64,000 bases of DNA from contig CAVUAK010000001.1 of NCBI GenBank assembly GCA_963739455.1, positions 256,001-320,000 of the forward strand, read 5' to 3'. Positions 48,654-57,476 of this stretch are shown in pieces. A model generated the notes under the pieces. That model had not been told where the DNA came from. It saw only the letters and a program-made list of their open reading frames with translations, and ran no database searches. This DNA is from an uncultured Gemmatimonadales bacterium. Its GTDB lineage: Bacteria; Gemmatimonadota; Gemmatimonadetes; Gemmatimonadales; GWC2-71-9. The translations under genes and the position numbers were made by a program. The first letter of the stretch is position 1, and the number at the start of each line of letters is the position of its first letter.

Positions 48654-51026
48654 ATGCCCAACCCGCCATCGGATACCCCCACCCGCCTCGCCGCGGCGCT
48701 CGAGGGACGATACCGGCTCGAGCGCCTGCTCGGGCAGGGTGGCATGGCCACGGTCTGGATCGCCGAGGACATCCGCCACGGGAGACGGGTCGCGATCAAG
48801 GTGCTCCGCGCTGACCTCGCCGCAGCACTCGGAAGCGACCGCTTCCTGCGCGAGATCCGCATCGCTGCCCAGCTCCAGCACCCCCACATTCTCGGCCTCA
48901 TCGACAGCGGCAGCATTCCCGAGCAGGGCGAACTCACGACTGACGACTCACGACTGCTGTACTACGTAATGCCCCTGGTCGAAGGCGAATCCCTCCGGGA
49001 ACGCATCGACCGCGACGGCCCCATCCCCATACCACTCGCCGTCCGCTGGCTCCGCGAAGTGGCCGACGCACTCGCCAAGGCCCATCGCGCCGGGATTATT
49101 CACCGTGACGTGAAGCCCGACAACATCCTCATTGCTGACGAGCACGCGCTGGTCGTGGATTTCGGCATCGCGCGCGCCGTGAGCGACGCCGCACCACAGT
49201 CGATGCTCACCGGCGTCGGCGTCACCGTCGGCACTCCCGCGTACATGGCACCCGAGCAGGTGGTCGCCGACCCCGGCCTCGATCACCGTGCTGACCTCTA
49301 CTCGCTTGGCGTCGTCGGATACGAAATGCTCGCCGGCCACCCTCCCTTCAGTGCCGGCTCGCCGCAGCAGCTCCTGGCAGCCCAGGTGACGCAACAGCCT
49401 GCCCCTGTGTTGAAGGCCCGGCCCGACGCGCCCCCAGGCCTCGCGAGCATCGTCATGCAGCTCCTCGCCAAGGAACCCGGTGATCGCGTGCCGGATGCTG
49501 ACGCCCTTGTGGCCCAGCTTGAATCGCTCGGCACCGGCACGCACCAGGTGCAGGTGCCGGTGCTCCCGGTGGCGCGCGCCGCTGCAAGCGGGCGACGTGG
49601 GCGCCTCGTAGGCACCATTGTCGGCATCGCGGTCGCAGCCGCGATCGTAGTGTTGGCGCTCCGGCCTCGGGCTGCGAAGAGCAGCGGGGCAACAGACGAC
49701 GGCCGTTCTCTCGCCGTCCTGCCCCTCACCAACCTGAGCGCCGACAGCGGCCAGGACTATTTCAGCGACGGGCTCTCCGAGGAAATACTCGGCGCCGTGT
49801 CCCGCATCCCCGGGCTCCGGGTCGCGGCCCACACGTCATCATTTGCGCTCAAGGGCACCAGGCTTCCCGTTGGCGAAATCGGCCAGAAGCTCGGTGTCCG
49901 CCACGTCCTCGAGGGCAGCGTCCAGCGCGAGGGCGACAACGTCCGGGTGCGCGCCCGCCTCGTGGACGCAAACTCCGGCTACCAGGTGTGGGACGCCAGG
50001 TACGACAAGCCGGCGAGCAACCTCTTTGCCCTCGAGGACGAAGTCGCCGCCGCCATCGCCGCGGCGATCACGTCCCATCTCGGCGTCTCAGCCACCGAGG
50101 CACCGCGCGCTGCCGGCGGCACGCTGAACGCCGCGGCGCACGACGCCTATCTCCGCGGTCGGCAGGCACTCCGCCAGCGAAGCGGCGCCATCGACCTGAT
50201 GCAGGCGATCGCCCAGTTTCAGGCGGCACTCGTGCTCGACTCGACCTACGCGCGCGCCTGGGCCGGCCTCGGTACCGCACAGGTCCTCCTGCCGGAATAC
50301 GGCGGTGCCAGCGTCCCGCAGGCGACACCTGCGGCCCGTCGCGCCATCACGCGAGCGTTGGCGCTGGACAGCACCAGCGCCGAGGCGTGGGCCGCCCTCG
50401 GGTACCTGCAGAAGAGCTATGACTGGGACTGGAAGGCCGCCGAGGCCAGTTACGATCGCGCACTTGCGCTCGACCCCAATGCGGCGGGAACGTGGCAGTG
50501 GTACGGTGAGCTGCTGGAGACGGTGGGCCGCCATGAAGACGCCGGAAAGGCATTCCAGAAGTCGGTTGAACTCGACCCGGTATCGCCCGTGGCGCAGATG
50601 GCGCTCGGTTCGCACCTTGTGACGGTGAAGGATCGCGCGGCCGGTCGCGCGGCGTTCGAGAAGTCGCTTGAGTTGCAACCGCGCCTCTGGCCCGCGCTGG
50701 TGCAATTGATGTTCATGGAGATGGAAGACGGCCATCAGGCCAGGGCCGCTGACTATGCGGGTCGGGCGGCGCCGCTGCTGGGCTTCGACGCCGGCCAGGT
50801 CGCGACGCCGTCATCCATCGAGCAATGGATGCAGGAAGGGAAGCTGCCGGCGCTCGCGGCAGCGTCGTGGCTGGCCCTCCAGGGCGCGAACGATCAGGCG
50901 CTTGGCGTCCTGCAGGAGATGGTGAAGGAAAGGGCACCATTCAGTTCGTACATTCCCTGGTGGCCGTTCCTGGGCGGGCTGGGAAAGGATCCGCGACTTG
51001 TCGCGTTGAAGGAGACCATCAAGTGA
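48654..51026 (+). CDS. Ser/Thr kinase K10: kinase-TM-TolB_N-like-TPR
   Basis: HRDVKPDN, DFG, TM segment, SLAVLPLTNLS/DYFSDGLSEE and TPRs. Confidence 0.92.
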   Translation: MPNPPSDTPTRLAAALEGRYRLERLLGQGGMATVWIAEDIRHGRRVAIKVLRADLAAALGSDRFLREIRIAAQLQHPHILGLIDSGSIPEQGELTTDDSRLLYYVMPLVEGESLRERIDRDGPIPIPLAVRWLREVADALAKAHRAGIIHRDVKPDNILIADEHALVVDFGIARAVSDAAPQSMLTGVGVTVGTPAYMAPEQVVADPGLDHRADLYSLGVVGYEMLAGHPPFSAGSPQQLLAAQVTQQPAPVLKARPDAPPGLASIVMQLLAKEPGDRVPDADALVAQLESLGTGTHQVQVPVLPVARAAASGRRGRLVGTIVGIAVAAAIVVLALRPRAAKSSGATDDGRSLAVLPLTNLSADSGQDYFSDGLSEEILGAVSRIPGLRVAAHTSSFALKGTRLPVGEIGQKLGVRHVLEGSVQREGDNVRVRARLVDANSGYQVWDARYDKPASNLFALEDEVAAAIAAAITSHLGVSATEAPRAAGGTLNAAAHDAYLRGRQALRQRSGAIDLMQAIAQFQAALVLDSTYARAWAGLGTAQVLLPEYGGASVPQATPAARRAITRALALDSTSAEAWAALGYLQKSYDWDWKAAEASYDRALALDPNAAGTWQWYGELLETVGRHEDAGKAFQKSVELDPVSPVAQMALGSHLVTVKDRAAGRAAFEKSLELQPRLWPALVQLMFMEMEDGHQARAADYAGRAAPLLGFDAGQVATPSSIEQWMQEGKLPALAAASWLALQGANDQALGVLQEMVKERAPFSSYIPWWPFLGGLGKDPRLVALKETIK

Positions 51027-51406
51027 AGCTCTCCCACATCGCACCGGTCTTTGCCTCCACCGACGTAGAGGCATCGCTCACCTTCTGCGAGCAGAAGCTC
51101 GGCTTCCGCCGCGAGTGGACGGAGGGCACCCCCGTTACTGACGCCGGCGTTCGCCGCGACGGCGTCGGCCTCATCTTCGCGCATCATCCCGAACTTGCCG
51201 AGCGCGCCCGCGGTACCACCGTCCTGATATTTCTCTCCGGTGTCGAGGCGCTCTGCGCAGAGCACATGGCCCGCGGCGCCCAGATCGTGGCGCCGCTCGC
51301 CGATGAAGACGGGCTCCGCTCTTATACGGTGTTGCTGCCCCCAGGCTATCACCTTCGGTTCGCCGAGGGCCTCGAGCTGATTGCTCAGCGCACCGCCAAG
51401 CCATGA
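51023..51406 (+). CDS. VOC/glyoxalase family protein
   Basis: IAPVFASTDVEASLTFCEQKLGF pattern; GTGA overlap with K10. Confidence 0.75.
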   Translation: MKLSHIAPVFASTDVEASLTFCEQKLGFRREWTEGTPVTDAGVRRDGVGLIFAHHPELAERARGTTVLIFLSGVEALCAEHMARGAQIVAPLADEDGLRSYTVLLPPGYHLRFAEGLELIAQRTAKP

Positions 51407-52215
51407 AGTACGCCGAGCACGCAGTTGCCGGGGCAGCCGCCCGCTTTGTGCAGTGCATCTGGAGCCTGGACGGTGACGGCCTCGACCCTGCTGCGACCGC
51501 CGACCCGATTCTCCCCGACGGCTGCATCGAGCTGCTCCTCGACACCGGCGACCCGGTGGACCGACACACGGTGAATGGCGTCGAACGCCAGCCACGACGT
51601 CAGGTGGCCGGCCAGCTAACCACCGCCGTGCGGATCAGGCCCACCGGACGACTCGGGGTCATCGGCGTACGGCTCCATCCCTGGGCGGCTGGCACCTTCC
51701 TCCAGGTGCCCATGCACGAGTTTCGCGATCGCATGCTGCCTGCTGATGACCTGCGGGTCGCGAACAATCTTCTTCGCGACGCGAGCAATGGGGACAGTCC
51801 GGACGAGCGCATGCGGCTCCTGCAGGAAGCGATCGAACGACATGCCCTGACGCTGCCGGCCCCGGCACCCGCCGCGATGGTCATGACGGCGCAGGTGATG
51901 CGCGGCCCATCCGACCCCACCATTCGCGCGATGGCCGACGGCATTGGACTCACCACGCGCCGGGTACAGGCCATCTTCGCCGATCATGTCGGGCTGTCGC
52001 CCAAGGCGCTCTCGCGCATCGCCCGACTGCAGCGCGCACTCGCGCATGCCCGGAGCCAGCCGAACTGCACCCTGGGCGCAGTGGCCCACGACAGCGGCTA
52101 CTACGACCACGCCCACTTCATACGCGACTGCCGCGACATTGCCGGCGAGACGCCGGGAAGCGTGCTCGGCCGCGCCGGCGACGTCACCACGGCATTCCTC
52201 GGCGCCGAGACCTAG
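51403..52215 (+). CDS. AraC-family regulator with DUF6597-like N-terminus
   Basis: ILPDGCIEL, VGLSPK and GYYDHAHFIRD motifs. Confidence 0.88.
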   Translation: MKYAEHAVAGAAARFVQCIWSLDGDGLDPAATADPILPDGCIELLLDTGDPVDRHTVNGVERQPRRQVAGQLTTAVRIRPTGRLGVIGVRLHPWAAGTFLQVPMHEFRDRMLPADDLRVANNLLRDASNGDSPDERMRLLQEAIERHALTLPAPAPAAMVMTAQVMRGPSDPTIRAMADGIGLTTRRVQAIFADHVGLSPKALSRIARLQRALAHARSQPNCTLGAVAHDSGYYDHAHFIRDCRDIAGETPGSVLGRAGDVTTAFLGAET

Positions 52216-52706
52216 CGTTCCTCGCAGGATACGCGATGGTAGACGTACGGGATGCGCCGCTTCTGCGCACCATCCATTCCCTCGATCCATGCACTGAGCG
52301 AGTCGCGGCCCACCACCTCGTAGCCAACACTCGTCGGAAAGCTGTTGGTCGGATTGTGCACCGTGAACCCGTGGGCTCCCGTCATGCTGCCGCTGAACGT
52401 CGTACGCTGCTGGCCAATCGGCGTCACGATGTAGTCCACTGAGTCTCCGCGCAGGCGCAGCTCCACGAACTCGATTTCCTTCACGGCGTCGGCGGAAGTG
52501 ACCCTGGCGCTGCCAAGCATCATGGCGCCTCGGGGACGCATCCACTGCTCCTCGATGACGCGGCTGCCGGCACCTCCCTGCCAGCACCCGGCCAGCCAGG
52601 AGAGCCCCGACGCAGCGTTCGTTGGACTTGGATTGAGGGCCAGTAGCGGCATGGCACCGCATACGAGTGAAAGAACGATCGCGAGATACTTGGGAGGATG
52701 TGTCAT
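52212..52706 (-). CDS. Secreted DUF6265-like protein
   Basis: LSWLAGCW, EEQWM and NPTNSFP motifs; signal peptide. Confidence 0.7.
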   Translation of the reverse strand: MTHPPKYLAIVLSLVCGAMPLLALNPSPTNAASGLSWLAGCWQGGAGSRVIEEQWMRPRGAMMLGSARVTSADAVKEIEFVELRLRGDSVDYIVTPIGQQRTTFSGSMTGAHGFTVHNPTNSFPTSVGYEVVGRDSLSAWIEGMDGAQKRRIPYVYHRVSCEER

Positions 52707-52816
52707 GGCTCGTTGGGTTAGGGTTCGATCAATCTGGTCCCCGAGCGGCCCGTTGCCTTGTACGAATGCGAACCCATGGCGACCTTCCCCGTTCCCTGTT
52801 CCCGGAGTTCCGTCGC

Positions 52817-53293
52817 ATGCGTAGCACTACCCTGCTCCTTGCCCTGGTTGCACTTCCCGCTGTCGCCGCCGCCCAGGCCCGGGCCTCCGCCCATGATCCC
52901 GCCGCGGTGCGCAAGGCGATTGATGCCCGCAACGCCGAGTGGACTACCGCTGCGAACAAGGGTGACGTGAAGGGGATCGTGAAGATCTACGACGCCGGCG
53001 CCACCATCGTTCCGCCCGAGAGCGAGGCGATGACGGGTGCGGCGAATATCGAGAAGGTCTTCGGCGGGATGCTCGGTGCAGGGGTCAAGAACCTGAAGTT
53101 CAAGACCAGCTCGCTCGACATCAACGGCAACTACGCCTACGAGCTGGGCGTGGCCACGTACGACGCACCTGGCAAGGATGGCAAGCTCATCGCAGCGAGC
53201 GACAAGTACCTCGTCATCTGGAAGCTCGGCACCGACGGCATCTGGTACTACCACCTCGACGCCTGGTGGGCCCCGTCGACGCACACACACTGA
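52817..53293 (+). CDS. Secreted NTF2-like (DUF4440/YybH) protein
   Basis: Signal peptide; AYELG and KYLVIWK motifs. Confidence 0.78.
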   Translation: MRSTTLLLALVALPAVAAAQARASAHDPAAVRKAIDARNAEWTTAANKGDVKGIVKIYDAGATIVPPESEAMTGAANIEKVFGGMLGAGVKNLKFKTSSLDINGNYAYELGVATYDAPGKDGKLIAASDKYLVIWKLGTDGIWYYHLDAWWAPSTHTH

Positions 53294-53350
53294 AGAGGAA
53301 AGCGCAAAATCGCCCCAGCCGCAGTTTCGGGTCTGGGGCGCCTAGCGCCC

Positions 53351-53400
53351 CGCCCCCACCTTCCCCGCCTTCCCCGCCCTCCCCGCCCTCCCCGCCCTCA
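53351..53400 (+). repeat. CCCCGCCCT nonamer tract between convergent genes
   Basis: ccccacctt ccccgcctt ccccgccct ccccgccct ccccgccct; preceded by hairpin cgccccag...ctggggcg (53311-53340). Confidence 0.85.
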
Positions 53401-53441
53401 GCCCCAGCGCGCCACGCTGCTCAGAGCCCTTCAGGCCCTCG

Positions 53442-54236
53442 CTACAGGATCGACCGCACCACCCCACCGTCCACCCTGAGTGCCGCGCCGGTCGTGGCAC
53501 TGGCGCGCGCGCTGCAGAGGTAGACGATCATCGACGCCACCTCATCGGCGGTGGCGAACCGCCGGAGCAGCGACGATGGACGCGCGCTGGTGAAGAACTC
53601 CTTCTCCATCGCCGCGAAGTCGATCCCCTTCGCATCCGCCATCTGCTGCACGAACGTCCCCACCCCCTCGGACGCCGTCGGCCCCGGCAAAACCGTGTTG
53701 ACGGTCACCCTCGTGCCCGACAGTGACTCCGCCAGTCCGCGAGCCACGGCGATCTGCGCGGTCTTCGTCATGCCATAGTGGATCATCTCCACCGGGATCT
53801 GCACCGCCGACTCGCTCGACACGAACACGATGCGCCCCCAGTCTCGCGTGCGCATGCCCCGCATGTAATGCCGCGACAGCCGCACGCCGCTCAGCACGTT
53901 CACCTCGAAGAACCGCAGCCAGTCGGCATCGGTGATCTCCTCGAACGGCTGCGGCGCGAAGATGCCGACGTTGTTCACCAGGATGTCCGCCTCCGGCACC
54001 TCCCGGATCAGCTTCTCGCAGCCCGCCGCGGTGCCGAGGTCGGCGGCGACACCCCGCACCTCCGCCCCGTTCACGCCGTCCACGATCGCGCCCACCGCCT
54101 CTTCCACACGGGCAGCGGTGCGACCGTTCACCACCACCTTTGCTCCCTCGGCGGCCAGCAGCCTGGCCGTGGCCAGGCCAATGCCGGCGGTTGAACCGGT
54201 GACCACCGCGCGATGACCCACAAGTTCGAGATCCAT
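53442..54236 (-). CDS. SDR family oxidoreductase
   Basis: VVTGSTAGIG, LVNNVG and YGMTK motifs. Confidence 0.92.
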   Translation of the reverse strand: MDLELVGHRAVVTGSTAGIGLATARLLAAEGAKVVVNGRTAARVEEAVGAIVDGVNGAEVRGVAADLGTAAGCEKLIREVPEADILVNNVGIFAPQPFEEITDADWLRFFEVNVLSGVRLSRHYMRGMRTRDWGRIVFVSSESAVQIPVEMIHYGMTKTAQIAVARGLAESLSGTRVTVNTVLPGPTASEGVGTFVQQMADAKGIDFAAMEKEFFTSARPSSLLRRFATADEVASMIVYLCSARASATTGAALRVDGGVVRSIL

Positions 54237-54252
54237 GCAGCATATTACACGC

Positions 54253-55371
54253 ATGCGCCCAGCCACGGTTCTCACGCTCGCGTTCGGCGTCATCGGCTGC
54301 CAGACGTCCGATGCGCAGAAGACGCAGTTCACCACCGGATCGCTCGCCGGCACGGCGATCACGGTCTACGCCAAGGGCCTCGACGCGCCCTGGGGCCTCG
54401 CATTCCTCCCGGACGGCAGGGCCCTGGTCACTGAGCGGCCGGGCCGCCTGCGCCTGGTGGCACCCACCGGCGCCCTCTCGGAACCGATCAGTGGCGTGCC
54501 CGCTGTCGTGGCCAGCGGCCAGGGCGGCCTCCTCGACGTCGCCATCGGCCCGGACCAGCTGGTCTATCTCTCGTACGCCGAGAGTGGTCCCGCGGGCGTT
54601 GGCACCGCCGTCGCCCGGGGCACCCTCACAGGCACCGCACTTGAAAACGTTCAAGTGATCTGGCGGCAGGTCCCCAAGGTCAGTGGGTCCAATCACTTCG
54701 GCTCCCGCCTCGTCTTCGCGCGCGACGGCACCCTCTTCATCACCACCGGCGAGCGATTCACGTATCGAGATAGCGCCCAGAGCCTCACCAACACCCTGGG
54801 CAAGGTCATCCGCATCAACGCCGACGGCACCATTCCGAAGGACAACCCCTTTGTCGGCCGCAAGGATGCACTCCCCGAGATCTGGTCCTATGGCCACCGC
54901 AACATGCAGGGAGCAACGCTTAATCCAGAGACCGGGCAGCTCTGGACGATCGAGCACGGCGCACAGGGTGGCGACGAGCTCAACCTCGACCTGGCGGGCA
55001 AGAACTACGGCTGGCCGGTGATCACCTGGGGCGTGGATTATTCCGGGGACAAGATCGGGGAGGGCACCACCAAGGCCGGCATGGAACAGCCTGTCTGGTA
55101 TTGGGTGCCCTCCATCGCTCCATCGGGCCTGGAGTACTACACCGGCGACGCCTTTCCCCAGTGGCGCGGCAGTTTCTTCGTCGGTGCGCTCAAGTGGCAG
55201 GGCCTGTCACGCATCGTGGTGGCCCCCGACGGAACCGCGAGGGAAGAACGCTTCCAGGACCAGCAGCTCAAGCGCCGTATCCGGAACGTCCGCCAGGGCC
55301 CCGACGGTGCGCTCTACCTGCTGGTCGACTCGAGCGACGGGGAAATCCTGCGTATATCTTCTTCCCCATGA
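54253..55371 (+). CDS. PQQ-dependent sugar dehydrogenase (YliI/Asd-like) lipoprotein
   Basis: PWGLAFLPDG, GQGGLLDV, HFGSRL, YGHRN and GGDELN motifs. Confidence 0.92.
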   Translation: MRPATVLTLAFGVIGCQTSDAQKTQFTTGSLAGTAITVYAKGLDAPWGLAFLPDGRALVTERPGRLRLVAPTGALSEPISGVPAVVASGQGGLLDVAIGPDQLVYLSYAESGPAGVGTAVARGTLTGTALENVQVIWRQVPKVSGSNHFGSRLVFARDGTLFITTGERFTYRDSAQSLTNTLGKVIRINADGTIPKDNPFVGRKDALPEIWSYGHRNMQGATLNPETGQLWTIEHGAQGGDELNLDLAGKNYGWPVITWGVDYSGDKIGEGTTKAGMEQPVWYWVPSIAPSGLEYYTGDAFPQWRGSFFVGALKWQGLSRIVVAPDGTAREERFQDQQLKRRIRNVRQGPDGALYLLVDSSDGEILRISSSP

Positions 55372-56555
55372 GTGCCTCCGGCGTCTCTGACAGTTATTCC
55401 GATGGCGCCGCGGAACCGCCCATCTGGTCCCCTCCCGACCCCGCCCTCGCCGCCGCCGGTATCGAGGGCGAATTCGTTGTAGCCCGGGTGCGCCTCCTCG
55501 CCATGGCGCTGCTCCTCATCTCGCCCACCTACAGCGTCATTCGCGAACCCGACAAGCCGATGCATGTCACCGGCTTTGCGGTAACGCTGGTCGGGGCTAT
55601 CGCGGCGGTGGCCATCTGGTCCGCACTCCGTCGCGGACGCTGGCGCCCCTGGATTGGCTTCGCCTCCAGTACGCTCGACGTCTCCCTCGTCAGCCTTGCA
55701 CTGGTCACGTTCCTGATGGTGAGCTCGCCGCTCCAGGCACTCAACTCGAACGTCACCTTCGAGATGTATTTCCTGGCCATCCTCGCCACCAGCCTGCGGT
55801 ACGACGCGAGGATCTGTATCGTGGTCGGTGCCATCGGCGTGGCCCAGTATGCCACGCTCTGGGCCTTCGCAGACATGCGGTACAACCTCTACGATCCGAC
55901 GCACTTCGCTGATACCGGACCCTACTCCCCGGTTGACCTGTTCACCCGCCTCATCCTCCTCGGCATCTCCACCTTGCTCGCCGTGACCATCGTGCGCCGC
56001 GCGCAGCGCCTGCTCTATCTCGCCGCGCGCGACCGGCTCACCGGCCTCTACAATCGCGGCCACTTCGACCGGAGCCTCGCCGCAGCGATGGAGGCCTCCG
56101 CGCGCGATCGCCAGCCACTGTCGCTCGCGATCCTCGACGTCGATCACTTCAAGCAGATCAACGACATGTACGGCCACGCACTCGGCGATCGCGCCCTGAT
56201 CGAGGTGGCCAACCTGCTCTCCCGCGCCATGCGCCGCACCGACATGGTCGCCCGCTACGGCGGCGAGGAGTTCGTCATCCTCATGCCGGGCACCCCGCGC
56301 GATGCGGCACTTCTCCGCCTCGAGGCGCTCCGGCAGGAAGTGGCGACATCCCCGATCGACCTGGGCGAGAGCAGAAAGCTCATCGTGAACTTCAGCGCCG
56401 GCGTCGCCGGGACGCCCGCCGACCTCATGGTCATTTCGCCGAAGGACCTGCTTTCCTTCGCCGATGCCCGCCTCCTCGCCGCCAAGCGCGCCGGTCGCGC
56501 CCGCTGTATCGGCACCGACGCCTTCGCCGAGGACCCTCTCATCATGGCCAGCTGA
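55368..56555 (+). CDS. Membrane diguanylate cyclase (GGEEF)
   Basis: TM region, DRLTGLYNR and ARYGGEEF with an RxxD I-site. Confidence 0.9.
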   Translation: MSASGVSDSYSDGAAEPPIWSPPDPALAAAGIEGEFVVARVRLLAMALLLISPTYSVIREPDKPMHVTGFAVTLVGAIAAVAIWSALRRGRWRPWIGFASSTLDVSLVSLALVTFLMVSSPLQALNSNVTFEMYFLAILATSLRYDARICIVVGAIGVAQYATLWAFADMRYNLYDPTHFADTGPYSPVDLFTRLILLGISTLLAVTIVRRAQRLLYLAARDRLTGLYNRGHFDRSLAAAMEASARDRQPLSLAILDVDHFKQINDMYGHALGDRALIEVANLLSRAMRRTDMVARYGGEEFVILMPGTPRDAALLRLEALRQEVATSPIDLGESRKLIVNFSAGVAGTPADLMVISPKDLLSFADARLLAAKRAGRARCIGTDAFAEDPLIMAS

Positions 56556-56600
56556 CGTCCCAATCTGAAACCTTTGCAGTGCCCTGCCCGTCGTAGGCCC

Positions 56601-57476
56601 ATGCTCAAAATCAGCGATGTATCCAAGACGTACGCCAATGGCGTGCGTGCGCTCTCCGGCATTACCCTCTCCGTCGGGCATGGCCTCTTCGGCCTCCTGG
56701 GCCCGAATGGCGCCGGCAAGTCCACCCTCATGCGCACCATCGCCACGCTTCAGGAGCCTGACACCGGCACCATCTGCTTCGGCGACCGCGACGTGCTGGC
56801 CGACCCCCAGACCCATCGCCGCCATCTGGGATACCTCCCCCAGGACTTCGACGTCTACCCCGGCATCTCCGCCCTCACGCTCCTCGATCACCTCGCCATC
56901 CTCAAGGGCGTCACGTCGAGAGCCGATCGCCGAGCCCAGGTGGACGCACTCCTGCTGCAGACCAACCTCTACCAGCATCGCAACAAGGCGGTGAGCGGCT
57001 TCTCCGGCGGCATGAAGCAGCGCTTCGGCGTTGCCCAGGCCCTGCTCGGCAGTCCGCAACTTCTCATCGTGGACGAACCCACCGCCGGTCTCGATCCCGA
57101 GGAGCGGAATCGCTTCCACAACCTCCTGGGTGAGATCGGTGAGAACGTCGTCGTCATCCTGTCGACCCACATCGTGGAAGATGTGCGCCAGCTCTGTCCC
57201 CGCATGGCGATACTCTCTGGCGGACAGGTCGTGGAGGAAGGCGACCCCGTGCGTCTCTGCGCCGGACTCGACGGACGCGTCTGGCGTCGCACCGTCCCGC
57301 GCGACGCGCTCGCACGCTATCGCGCCACCTTCCCCGTCCTCTCGGAACGCTTGAGCGCCGGAAAGACCGTCCTTCGGGTAATCGCGGACGCCGCACCAGA
57401 CAGCGGCTTCGAGCCGGCCTCACCAGAGCTTGAGGACGTGTACTTCGCCGCACTCGCCGCCCGGCCGGCGGCATGA
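56601..57476 (+). CDS. ABC transporter ATP-binding protein
   Basis: GPNGAGKST, FSGGMKQR and VDEPTAGLDP motifs. Confidence 0.93.
   Translation: MLKISDVSKTYANGVRALSGITLSVGHGLFGLLGPNGAGKSTLMRTIATLQEPDTGTICFGDRDVLADPQTHRRHLGYLPQDFDVYPGISALTLLDHLAILKGVTSRADRRAQVDALLLQTNLYQHRNKAVSGFSGGMKQRFGVAQALLGSPQLLIVDEPTAGLDPEERNRFHNLLGEIGENVVVILSTHIVEDVRQLCPRMAILSGGQVVEEGDPVRLCAGLDGRVWRRTVPRDALARYRATFPVLSERLSAGKTVLRVIADAAPDSGFEPASPELEDVYFAALAARPAA

Noticed and set aside
2817..51026. Diversity-generating retroelement behind kinase variation
   Set aside because: No reverse transcriptase, and no template/variable repeat pair with adenine-specific mismatches was noticed.
55314..57170. Long antisense and alternative-frame ORFs (e.g. 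618 aa here, 12819-14360, 9429-10880)
   Set aside because: Shadow ORFs typical of high-GC DNA opposite well-supported genes, with no recognisable motifs.
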